The notes beneath the pieces are model-generated. The model saw only the letters and a list, made by a program, of their open reading frames with translations, had not been told where the DNA came from and did no database searches. Below, one piece after another: positions 20,910-30,159 of a stretch of DNA of 64,000 nt. This DNA is from Waterburya sp. (GTDB lineage Bacteria > Cyanobacteriota > Cyanobacteriia > Cyanobacteriales > Xenococcaceae): NCBI GenBank assembly GCA_965217895.1, contig CBDCJV010000001.1, forward strand, positions 1-64,000, in the 5' to 3' direction. Each line of letters begins with the position of its first letter. Position 1 is the stretch's first letter. Both the position numbers and the translations under genes were made by a program.

Positions 20910-21992
20910 TTACCCTTTTTGGATAAACATTTTTGTTTGATACATCCAGTAATAAATTGAGGAAAATAGGACAAATATAAACACAGAAGAGTAGATTAAA
21001 GTAGCGTTAAGAGGAATAAGGAGGAAGGAACTGATTAGTTCAGTCAAGGCAAGTCCAATCAGTATCCTGACAATGGTTTTTCGCTTCAATAAACTGCACA
21101 GTATCGCACCTATAGGCGCACCGACTACAACCACAGGTACTGCTGCTAGCCAATAACCAATTATTGGCTCGACAAAGTCACCTATGACATATTTATTGAG
21201 AACAAATCCAGCTACAGCATTAATAGCCATCAAAATGACCGAGGTCGAAGTGCTAATCTTTTCGCACATGCCAAACAAAAGCACTAAGATAGAAAAACCA
21301 AAAATGTCCATACCGCTGCCTACCATACCGCTGACGATTCCTCCCCAAAGTCCTGCTACTAGGGATACAATTCGTTCTCGATTTCCCCAAAATGAGATAG
21401 CTAATTTTGGTCTTCTTTTTGTTTGATTTAAAGCGAACAAAACGACAGCAAAGCTACTAACCATCGTCGTAAAAGAAATTTTGATTACATCCGAAGGCAA
21501 AACAGGTGCTAAAAAGACCGAACCTAAGATGATACCGAAAACACCTCCAAGACTTGCCCAACGGATGAACTGCCATTCGACCTTAGTACCCATTGCCACG
21601 ATGGTAACTGAAGCCGCGCTCATACCGACACTTTGAATGGCTAAAGAAAACACCTTCGCATCATGTGGAGAAACGTGAAGCACCTTGGTAAAAACTGGAA
21701 AGGCTACTGCTCCCCCTCCCATGCTTGTGCCACCAGCCACTATAGAGCCAAAAACCATAGTTACGGCAGCCTCCCAGTTAGCAATCAAATTAGAAAATGC
21801 TCGACTAGGACCCGTTGTAATTAGCCATACAGTCCATACCGTTAGAGCGACTAAAACGCTAACACGAATAAAGTGTTGAGCAAACAAAGTCTTGGCGACA
21901 AGGTGAAAAATGTAAGTTAATTGGCTCTGGCTGTTTATTTTGCTTTTGGTTATTCGCCGAGCTTGTTTTTTCTGGAGCATAGTCATTCTCAC
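20910..21992 (-). CDS. TauE/SafE-family permease
   Basis: GSIVAGGTSMGGGAVAFP, SLAIQSVGM, PVVVVGAPIG; many transmembrane segments. Confidence 0.8.
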   Translation of the reverse strand: MRMTMLQKKQARRITKSKINSQSQLTYIFHLVAKTLFAQHFIRVSVLVALTVWTVWLITTGPSRAFSNLIANWEAAVTMVFGSIVAGGTSMGGGAVAFPVFTKVLHVSPHDAKVFSLAIQSVGMSAASVTIVAMGTKVEWQFIRWASLGGVFGIILGSVFLAPVLPSDVIKISFTTMVSSFAVVLFALNQTKRRPKLAISFWGNRERIVSLVAGLWGGIVSGMVGSGMDIFGFSILVLLFGMCEKISTSTSVILMAINAVAGFVLNKYVIGDFVEPIIGYWLAAVPVVVVGAPIGAILCSLLKRKTIVRILIGLALTELISSFLLIPLNATLIYSSVFIFVLFSSIYYWMYQTKMFIQKG

Positions 21993-22397
21993 GTTGGTTG
22001 AAGTTTTTGATTAGCAAGGGCTGTTGAAAATCACCATCAACTAAACGTTGCTAAATTGGAAGATGAAATATTTTAGATGTGGACTCAAAGATGATTGGCA
22101 ACCACGGTTTCCTAGTCTATCAGTCAAGAATCGCTAACTTAAAGAAACCAAAGGGACACTGTGTTACATTTGGTAGCTCAAGCAACAAGGCTTGAAAACA
22201 CATCGATGGCGGAAAATTTGGTCAATCAAATGTCTTTGTGGCGTAGATCGCTCGACCGTGATTATATTAGTTCGACATAAATAACTTCGGATACCTGGGA
22301 GCTACCATAACTACTCAAAGTCCGAGGATGTCTACTTTTAGGTAAAATGAGCTAATGCAAACATGAGATAATTAACTTGAAAAAGCTCAATCTTACG

Positions 22398-22946
22398 TTA
22401 AAATAATTTTTGGCAAAAATAGCTTTCAGGAAACTTTTCTGTAATCATCATGGTCAGTTTTTTTTGAGAGAACACACAATAGGTGCGAAAAAACAAATTT
22501 TCTTCGGGGTTAATAGAAAAATAATCCGACAATTCGTTAGCGGGCTCTTTGCCAGAATCGATGATTTCTTTGTAGGTTTCAACTTTTTGCTCCGACCAGA
22601 GCTTGCCGATTGGCGTCTTGCTGTTCAATAATTTATCGCTAAATTGCTGCTCCAGGTTGTCAACAAAAATCCGTGAATTGGCATAGATAAAATTACGGCA
22701 GCTATTTTTTCCTTGAAGCAAAACTTCTCTGGCGAGAACTTTTCCTTCTGTATCTGATTTGATATTAGGTAATCTAGCCTTCATCTGTCCTAAATATTCT
22801 GATAGCTTAACCAATCGAATTGGCTCAGATAAGTAAGTTTCTAAAAGGCGTGTAATCGAACCATTAGTTCTCAACAAAATCTTCTGAAAATCACCTAATT
22901 CAGATGCTTCTGCATAAGTAGTAGGTATTTGTAAATCGCTTTTCAC
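22398..22946 (-). CDS. Chorismate pyruvate-lyase (4-hydroxybenzoate synthase, DUF98/Rv2949c-like; Bmp6 role)
   Basis: LLRTNGSITRLLE, REVLLQG, YANSRI, PIGKLW, ETYKEI, RTY, ITEKFP; GTG start with AGAGGA RBS. Confidence 0.85.
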   Translation of the reverse strand: MKSDLQIPTTYAEASELGDFQKILLRTNGSITRLLETYLSEPIRLVKLSEYLGQMKARLPNIKSDTEGKVLAREVLLQGKNSCRNFIYANSRIFVDNLEQQFSDKLLNSKTPIGKLWSEQKVETYKEIIDSGKEPANELSDYFSINPEENLFFRTYCVFSQKKLTMMITEKFPESYFCQKLF

Positions 22947-23049
22947 GGTAATATTCCTCTGTATTGTGGATAAGTGAAACTTTTAATGAATTTTATTCCC
23001 GTAACTCCTTTTGATATCTAGCCATTACTCGCAATTGAAACCCCAAAGC

Positions 23050-24507
23050 TTAAAAGCGAGGTTTAACTATGACTCTGTATTCCTTGGGAAATACGAATGG
23101 CCCTGGAAATTCAGCTTCAAAACTTAATTTCTCTCCAGGTACTTGTTCAAATTTGCATTTACACAGCAGATTCGCCAAGAATGCAAAGACTTGGAAACGT
23201 CCTAGATACTCTCCCAGGCATCTACGCGGTCCGATGCCAAACGGATAGAACCGATCGAGGAGATCTTTTCTCAGTTTGCCGTTTTCATCTAAAAACCGAT
23301 ATGGGTTAAATTCTTCTGGATCTTTCCAACTACGCTCATCTCGAGTCAGGCTGTAGTAATTGATAATTAAAGGAGTGTTTTGAGAAATAAAGTGATCCCC
23401 TAATGTAGTGTCGGTAGTAGTAGCGTAGTTTACGGCAGGTATGGTAGTAGTAGAAGAGTGGCGCAAAATTTCATTGATGCAAGCTTCCATAAATGGCAAT
23501 CTGCTGCGATCTTTAAAAGATATTTTTTGTTCTCTGCCAACTACCTCATCTAGCTCTCTCTGGATTTCAGTCTGAATTTCTGGATAGGCAATCATATAAA
23601 GCAGCGCCCATCTGAGTATAAAATTCGGTAGCTGTGTACCCGCCGCTAGGAATTGAATCAAAGAGCCTTTGACAATATCATTTTCGTTTAAGTTAAGTCG
23701 CTTTTTCTCTGATTCAGTTAGTTCATCGCTAGCTTCTAACAATCCATCTGTGATATCTCGCAAAAGTTCTGGCTCAAAAGATTCTCGATGCTGCTCGATA
23801 TTTTTTTCAATATAGTTTTCTACAGCACCTAGTCCCTTCAGAAAAGCCCTGATTGTTTTTAAGTTGAGGAACGCATACATTGGCAGCCATAATTTAGGAA
23901 TAACGCTCATGATTACTCCTGTCAGAAGACCGTGAGGCAGTCTTCTAATAGAATAGGCAGTCTCAACAAAATCGATGTCTTCGGGAGTGTTTGTTTTGCT
24001 AAACACTAGCCTTTGCATAAAATTCATGCTGGCTAGAGGAATATGTAATTCAGGGTTAAAAGGTCGATCATCAGAGTTTAAGAACTTATTTACCAAGCCC
24101 TCTGCTTCTTCTGCGATCCAATTTTCATGTATGTCTGATTTTCCCGCCAAAAAGGTATGCATTACCTGCATTAAGATATCACGATGTTTTTTCCAAGCTT
24201 CGCCACTCTTAAGCTCAAGAAATTCAGATTGAGGTGGCTGCTTGAAAACATCGAAATCTGCCCTATTATTAAAGATATCCTGTTGCTTAACTAGGGCTTC
24301 TTTAATTATGCTGTACTCATTGAGCACCACAAAATTCCTACTGCCGACACGCATTTGAAACATATCACCGTGCTTAAGGGCTAGTTGATTCAATGCTAAA
24401 TGAAAGTGTTGATTCAAAAAAGGTCGCATCCCAGCCAGGGAAACCGTCGGTAATTCTGAATAAGTAATTTTGTTTGGCTTTGTAGAGACTGTTTCTTGAT
24501 AGAACAT
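23050..24507 (-). CDS. Cytochrome P450, candidate phenol-coupling enzyme (Bmp7 role)
   Basis: EILR (ExxR), FNPYRF, heme motif FGIGPRRCLGE; I-helix reads AAGTQLP. Confidence 0.93.
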   Translation of the reverse strand: MFYQETVSTKPNKITYSELPTVSLAGMRPFLNQHFHLALNQLALKHGDMFQMRVGSRNFVVLNEYSIIKEALVKQQDIFNNRADFDVFKQPPQSEFLELKSGEAWKKHRDILMQVMHTFLAGKSDIHENWIAEEAEGLVNKFLNSDDRPFNPELHIPLASMNFMQRLVFSKTNTPEDIDFVETAYSIRRLPHGLLTGVIMSVIPKLWLPMYAFLNLKTIRAFLKGLGAVENYIEKNIEQHRESFEPELLRDITDGLLEASDELTESEKKRLNLNENDIVKGSLIQFLAAGTQLPNFILRWALLYMIAYPEIQTEIQRELDEVVGREQKISFKDRSRLPFMEACINEILRHSSTTTIPAVNYATTTDTTLGDHFISQNTPLIINYYSLTRDERSWKDPEEFNPYRFLDENGKLRKDLLDRFYPFGIGPRRCLGEYLGRFQVFAFLANLLCKCKFEQVPGEKLSFEAEFPGPFVFPKEYRVIVKPRF

Positions 24508-24563
24508 AGTTAGTTTACAGATGAAGTTAATACGATTATTCCCAGTAAAATAATTTTCAATTT

Positions 24564-26111
24564 TTAGGAACTTTTAAGAGCAGTAAATCGCATTTTTGGA
24601 ATCGCATTTTTGAATGCATAAATTACACGCCCTTTAAGACCAGCTTTGACAATATGAGTCGGTTTACTCACAGGTAGCTTCATCATCAGCTTTTGAGCCT
24701 CCGATTCTTTACTGCCAGGTCCTTGAAGTCGAAACTGAGTAGCTTGGGTGGCACCGTATACCATGCGAAGCCAGATACGGGGATGCAAGAAAAAGTATTT
24801 CCACAATGGAGGTTCACAGCCAATTAAACCAGCCATATCATCTATGTAGCGATGATAGTCCACCAAGCTTCGTACCCGATGAGCATTATGCTCAAACTGT
24901 TCTAAGTTGGTAGCTCGATCTAGACAGGCAATTCTCTCCATTTCTGCTGGTTTAGGAAGAGTTCGTTCCCCTTTGCAGATCAGGGCAAAATAACGAGCCT
25001 GCATCTCCATAATGGGAAATTGACTGCCAAAGCTAGGTCTTGCCCAACCAATCCAAACTATCTTGTCACCATACTTGGGATGAAACATATGTTTGTAAAG
25101 ACTGCGGGGATCGGTTTTCTTAAGCTCGTCTGGTAGAAAAGACACATAGTTTTTATAACCAGTACAAAAGGCAATAGCATCCAAGTCGGATAGAGTCATT
25201 CCGTCTGCTGTGTGAACGGTCTTGCCTCCCGCTTCTACTTTAGCGATTTCACCCACAACTTTACAATCATGATGTACAATCGCCTTGGGCAAGGAGAAAG
25301 TTTTGGTTCCATAAGTGCCCCACACTCCCTTTTGCGCTGTAATCTTGTTGTTGAGTTCTACGCAAACATCGTGGATCGGGTCTTTTTGGCTCAGTTCTGC
25401 TTGATGGATAGCTTCGCTTAAAGTTGCTCCATAATCGCGAGGTAGACCCCACACCCCGCGATGAGTGGAAATATCGGCGGCATAGATACCTCTTTTGCGA
25501 GGTGCGACCCATCCAGTAGTGCTACGCAGACTAACCCAGCAATTTTTGGCAACACGAGATGCCTCTAATGCCACATCCGAACCAGATTCTCCTCCTCCAA
25601 CTACTAATACATTTTTTCCTTTGAATTTATCTGCGTTGCAATAATCTCTAGAATGAGAATATTCAACATCTGTCAATAAGTTTTTCCACGCAGGATAACT
25701 AGGAACTGCATTGTTACCAATTGCCAGTGCGACTCGTTGCGTGAGAAAAGTATCTCCAGTTGCTGTTTCAACTTTCCAACTGCCATCATCTTGAGGAATT
25801 ATCGCCACGACTTTAGAGTCAAAATGAATGCGCTCTAAAACGCCAAAGTGTTCGGCATATCGCTTCCAATAATCGACGGCTTCTTCCTTTGTCCAAAACG
25901 TATGTTCGTTTCCTTCACCAATCCAGAAATCGGAATACATACTCATAGGGGCTGAGGAAGTTAATAATAGACTATCGTAAGCCTTGGCAAAAACTCCTCC
26001 TACATCTTCTGCTTGTTCTAAACAAATAACTTCGCTCAAACCTTGTTCGAGTAACTCTTTGGTACAAGCAAGACCTCCTGGTCCTGCACCGATGGTTATA
26101 CAATCTAACAT
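24564..26111 (-). CDS. Single-component FMO-fold flavoenzyme, candidate Bmp5-like decarboxylative phenol halogenase
   Basis: GAGPGG (FAD), GGGESG (NADPH), HSRDY, FCTGY, RP.FG..EMQARY, SLVDY..Y.DDMA; AGAGGT RBS supports ATG 26111 (longest ORF starts at 26189). Confidence 0.8.
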   Translation of the reverse strand: MLDCITIGAGPGGLACTKELLEQGLSEVICLEQAEDVGGVFAKAYDSLLLTSSAPMSMYSDFWIGEGNEHTFWTKEEAVDYWKRYAEHFGVLERIHFDSKVVAIIPQDDGSWKVETATGDTFLTQRVALAIGNNAVPSYPAWKNLLTDVEYSHSRDYCNADKFKGKNVLVVGGGESGSDVALEASRVAKNCWVSLRSTTGWVAPRKRGIYAADISTHRGVWGLPRDYGATLSEAIHQAELSQKDPIHDVCVELNNKITAQKGVWGTYGTKTFSLPKAIVHHDCKVVGEIAKVEAGGKTVHTADGMTLSDLDAIAFCTGYKNYVSFLPDELKKTDPRSLYKHMFHPKYGDKIVWIGWARPSFGSQFPIMEMQARYFALICKGERTLPKPAEMERIACLDRATNLEQFEHNAHRVRSLVDYHRYIDDMAGLIGCEPPLWKYFFLHPRIWLRMVYGATQATQFRLQGPGSKESEAQKLMMKLPVSKPTHIVKAGLKGRVIYAFKNAIPKMRFTALKSS

Positions 26112-26583
26112 CGCGTATTTACCTCTGTGATATATCGACTTGTTTTTCTTTTGTCTAAATTTAGTTTGTAAAAAGTATCTAATATTCACAAGCTATCTTT
26201 AGGAATTTAACTAATAATTTTTCTTAGAATTAAGTCTCAGTTAAAACAATCTGTAAATGTACACTTTTGTAGTCTCAAAACTTATACCGTACCGTAATTC
26301 AGAATAAAAGAGGATAAAAAGTATTATTAATTACTTTTTAGAGTTAGTAAATTTCGTTTTTTTGTAAAAATCAAAACATTTAATTAGTAATAATGTTAAG
26401 TAAAATACTTTTTCTTTAATATAAGCTCAATATAAGCCTATCGATAGATTTTTTTTAAAAATTTTATCAATAAGATTTGGCTGAGGCACTTTATTACTTA
26501 AGTACTAAAAAAGGCAATCAAATTAATTATTGAATACAAAATTACCAAGCACAAATTTAAAAAAAATATTAATTTTAATAAGA

Positions 26584-29500
26584 ATGTCAACTTGGAAAAC
26601 AATTAATAAGACCAAAAAAAAATCCCAAAGCCAATTGGGTAAAAGAAGAAAGCGTGGCGTAGTTCTTACTCTTACGGGACTAGAAAAACTTCAAGAAGCT
26701 CAACTGAAATTAGAATGCGAAAATAACTGGGGAGCAAAATATACATACGAGAAGTTAAGCGAAATTGGCGATCTTGACATCAATACTGTCAAAAAAATCT
26801 TAGCCGCAAAAGAAGGAGTAGATAGACGTTCGCTAGAAAACTACTTTCGTGCCTTTGAAATAGTGCTAATCGAAGAAGATTATGCCAAACCCAATCCTAA
26901 TAAACGTCAAGATTGGGGAGAAGCAATTAGCGTTAGCGATTTTAGTGGACGTACCTCGGAGCTTAATACTTTAGAAAACCTGCTATTTAAGAACAAATGC
27001 CGACTGATAACAATTTTAGCAATGGGGGGGGTCGGTAAAACTACCCTATCGATTAAATTGGCTCAGAAAGTTGGCAATCGCTTCGATTGTCTGATTTGGC
27101 GTTCTTTTCGAGATGCTCCCCCATTAAATGAATTTCTGGCTGAATCAATCCAATTTTTATCCGACGGACAGTTAACCGAAACCGAGCTACCAGAAAGAAC
27201 CAGCCAAAGAATATCTTATTTGATAAATTATTTTCGCTCTTTACGCTGCTTGATCGTACTCGACAACGTAGAATCACTGCTGTGTGGTAATGGCAAAGCA
27301 GGTTTCTACCGCGAAGGATACGAAGAATATGGCGAGTTCTTCCGACGAGTAGGTGCAACAGACCACCAAAGCTGTCTCATACTAACCACTCGTGAAAAAC
27401 CCAAAGAAGTAGCTATGCTGGAAGGAGAAGCACTACCAGTTTGTACTTTTAAATTAGGAGGATTAAAGCCAAAGGCAGGAGCAAAAATGCTCATAAAAAA
27501 AGGGCTTAACGGGTCGGAGGTAGAATTTAATGAGTTAGTCAGGCATTATGATGGCAATAGTTTAGCTTTAAAAATAGTATCGACTACCATACGCGATTTA
27601 TTTGACGGAAACATAAAAAATTTTTTGCGCCAAGAAACTTCAGTTTTTGGTGATATTCGCAATCTTATAAGCCAACAGTTCGAGCGTTTATCTCCTATGG
27701 AGGTAGAGATTGTCTATTGGTTGGCGATTAGTCGAGAGCCTCTTAATCTATCTCAGTTGCGAGAAAATTTAGTTTCGGTAGTGCCGCGACTCGATTTATT
27801 AGAAGGCTTAGAGTCTCTGTCGAGAAGATCTTTAATTGAGCAGAATGAGGCTTGTTTTACACTACAACCAGTGGTGATGGAATACACGATCCTGCGTTTG
27901 ATTGAGACAATCTTTGATGAAATTTGCACTCAAAAGCTGCATTTCTTGCATCGCTATGCCTTAATTGAAGCTACAGCAAAAGAGTACGTGCGAGAAACGC
28001 AAATTCGCCTCATTCTTCAACCAGCGATCGAAAAGCTATTAACAATTTTTAAGGGTCAAAAAAGTCTCGAACTACAATTGACTAGAATTTTGGAGACGCA
28101 GCGAGAAACATCGTTAAAAGAACCTGGATATACCTCTGGAAACATTATCAATCTGCTTTGTAAGCTCGGAATCGATCTTAGAACTTACGACCTGTCTGAC
28201 TTAGTTGTCTGGCAGGCAGATTTACGTCAAGCCTGTTTGCACAATGTAAATTTTCAGAATACAAGTATAGTCAAATCATTATTTGCCGAAGCTTTTGGCG
28301 GAATTTGGTCAGTTGTCTTTAGTCCTGACGGGCAATATTTAGCTACTGGAGATACCAAGGGTGAGATTTTGGTGCGACGTTCTGCTGATGGACAGATAGT
28401 TCTCAGTCTGAAAGGTCACAATGGCTGGGTAGTATCCCTGGCTTTTAGTCCCGATGGTAAAACATTAGCCAGCGGTAGCTGTGACTGTACTATCAAGCTC
28501 TGGAATATTGACACTGGTAAATGCCTTCATACCCTACAAGAATATAGGCAAGAAGTTTGGTCGGTTGTGTTTAGTCCCGATGGTAAAACATTAGCCAGTG
28601 GTGGTGATGATAATAAATTAAAATTGTGGGATGCCAGTAGTGGAGAGTGCCTTCAGGTTTTTCAAGGTCATTCTAACGAATTACTTTCAGTTGCCTTTAG
28701 TTTAGATGGTCGAGAGCTAATAAGTGGCAGTCAGGATCGAGTTATCAAGCTATGGGATATTGAGACTGGAGAGTGTAAAAAGACTTTTCAGGAGCATAGA
28801 GATGGAGTACGCTCGATTAGTCTTAGTCCTGACGGTCAAACTATTGCTAGCGGCAGTAACGATGGTACGATTCGGCTATGGGATATTGCAACTGGAAGCT
28901 GTATCCGCGTTGGTTTTGGTCATACAAACGTAGTATTATGTGTGCGCTTTTGTTTGCAAGGCAATCTTTTAGCTAGTAGCAGTATCGACCATACAGTAAG
29001 GTTATGGGATATCAATACTGGAGAATGTCTGAAGGTTTTTCAAGGTCATTCTAATATGGTCAATTCGATCGCTTTTAGTTCCCAAGGAAATTATCTAGCT
29101 AGTGGTAGTTACGATCAGACAGTGAAAATATGGAATGTCAATACTGGTAAATGCTGCAAGATTTTCCAAGGGTATAGCAATCAAGCTTTATCGGTTACTT
29201 TCAGTGCTGACGGAAAAATGCTGGCTAGCGGAGGACGCGATCGCCAGGTCAGACTTTGGGATATCGGCACCAAACGAGAAATAAAAACTTTGCACGGACA
29301 TACCAATTGGGTCTATTCGTTAGCTTTTGGTAAGTACGGTAATTTCTTGGCCAGTAGTAGTGGCGATAAAAGCATCAAACTCTGGAATGTGGAGACTGGT
29401 AAAACCGTAAAAACCTTTTGGGGACACGAGGCGGTAGTCCGCTCGATTGCCTTTAGTTCTGACGGTCAAACTATAGCTAGTGGTAGTGAAGATCGAACGA

Positions 29501-30147
29501 TTCGGCTGTGGAATATTAGTAGAAATAAAGCCATCCAAATTTTACGAGGACATCAAGCAGAGGTTTGGTCGATTGCTTTTAGTTCTGATGGACGGATACT
29601 CGCCAGTAGTTCTTTTGATGGAACGGCAAAACTCTGGAATGTGGAGACTGGTAAATGTTACAAAACCTTTGACAAACATACCAGTTGGATTTGGTCGGTT
29701 GCTTTTAGTCCCGACGATAAGATTTTGGCTACTACTAGCGTAGATCGAACTATCAGACTTTGGAGCGTAGACACGGGAGAATGTCAACAGATTCTGCGAG
29801 AAGAAACGGGACATTCAGAAATTGCTTTTAGTAGCGACGGTGGCACTCTAGCTAGCTGTAGCCAAGACCACGGTATCAGATTGTGGAGTGTCAGCACGGG
29901 AAAATGTTATAAGACCTTAGCTGGTCATACGGCCTTAATCGACTCGATCGCTTTTAGTAGCGATTGCCGCACCTTAGCTAGTAGTAGCGAAGATGAAACC
30001 ATCAAGCTGTGGAATTATCAAAGCGGTGAATGTATTCAAACGTTGAGAGTGGAAAAACCCTATCAGTGGATGAATATTAGTGGTATCAGTGGTTTGTCTC
30101 CAGCCAATATCGATACTCTCAAAGCATTAGGGGCTGTTGACGGTTAG
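26584..30147 (+). CDS. HTH-NB-ARC-WD40 STAND protein
   Basis: N-terminal RKRGVVLT...TYEKLSE HTH-like region, MGGVGKT P-loop, LIVLDNVE, pentapeptide-like linker, ~14 WD40 repeats; ATG 26584 preferred over TTG 26530. Confidence 0.9.
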   Translation: MSTWKTINKTKKKSQSQLGKRRKRGVVLTLTGLEKLQEAQLKLECENNWGAKYTYEKLSEIGDLDINTVKKILAAKEGVDRRSLENYFRAFEIVLIEEDYAKPNPNKRQDWGEAISVSDFSGRTSELNTLENLLFKNKCRLITILAMGGVGKTTLSIKLAQKVGNRFDCLIWRSFRDAPPLNEFLAESIQFLSDGQLTETELPERTSQRISYLINYFRSLRCLIVLDNVESLLCGNGKAGFYREGYEEYGEFFRRVGATDHQSCLILTTREKPKEVAMLEGEALPVCTFKLGGLKPKAGAKMLIKKGLNGSEVEFNELVRHYDGNSLALKIVSTTIRDLFDGNIKNFLRQETSVFGDIRNLISQQFERLSPMEVEIVYWLAISREPLNLSQLRENLVSVVPRLDLLEGLESLSRRSLIEQNEACFTLQPVVMEYTILRLIETIFDEICTQKLHFLHRYALIEATAKEYVRETQIRLILQPAIEKLLTIFKGQKSLELQLTRILETQRETSLKEPGYTSGNIINLLCKLGIDLRTYDLSDLVVWQADLRQACLHNVNFQNTSIVKSLFAEAFGGIWSVVFSPDGQYLATGDTKGEILVRRSADGQIVLSLKGHNGWVVSLAFSPDGKTLASGSCDCTIKLWNIDTGKCLHTLQEYRQEVWSVVFSPDGKTLASGGDDNKLKLWDASSGECLQVFQGHSNELLSVAFSLDGRELISGSQDRVIKLWDIETGECKKTFQEHRDGVRSISLSPDGQTIASGSNDGTIRLWDIATGSCIRVGFGHTNVVLCVRFCLQGNLLASSSIDHTVRLWDINTGECLKVFQGHSNMVNSIAFSSQGNYLASGSYDQTVKIWNVNTGKCCKIFQGYSNQALSVTFSADGKMLASGGRDRQVRLWDIGTKREIKTLHGHTNWVYSLAFGKYGNFLASSSGDKSIKLWNVETGKTVKTFWGHEAVVRSIAFSSDGQTIASGSEDRTIRLWNISRNKAIQILRGHQAEVWSIAFSSDGRILASSSFDGTAKLWNVETGKCYKTFDKHTSWIWSVAFSPDDKILATTSVDRTIRLWSVDTGECQQILREETGHSEIAFSSDGGTLASCSQDHGIRLWSVSTGKCYKTLAGHTALIDSIAFSSDCRTLASSSEDETIKLWNYQSGECIQTLRVEKPYQWMNISGISGLSPANIDTLKALGAVDG

Positions 30148-30159
30148 GGTTAGCTATGC

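Noticed and set aside
22398..22946. Housekeeping plastoquinone/ubiquinone ubiC
   Set aside because: No prenyltransferase or decarboxylase nearby; the P450 and flavoenzyme context points to secondary metabolism
28300..30050. Recurring DNA repeats such as TTTAGTCCCGATGGTAAAACATTAGCCAG as a CRISPR-like or diversifying array
   Set aside because: They are in-frame WD40 coding repeats with ~126-bp period
26584..30147. Anti-phage Avs/NLR defence system
   Set aside because: The N-terminal domain looks HTH-like, with no nuclease, TIR, SIR2 or protease effector and no defence neighbours; not fully excluded
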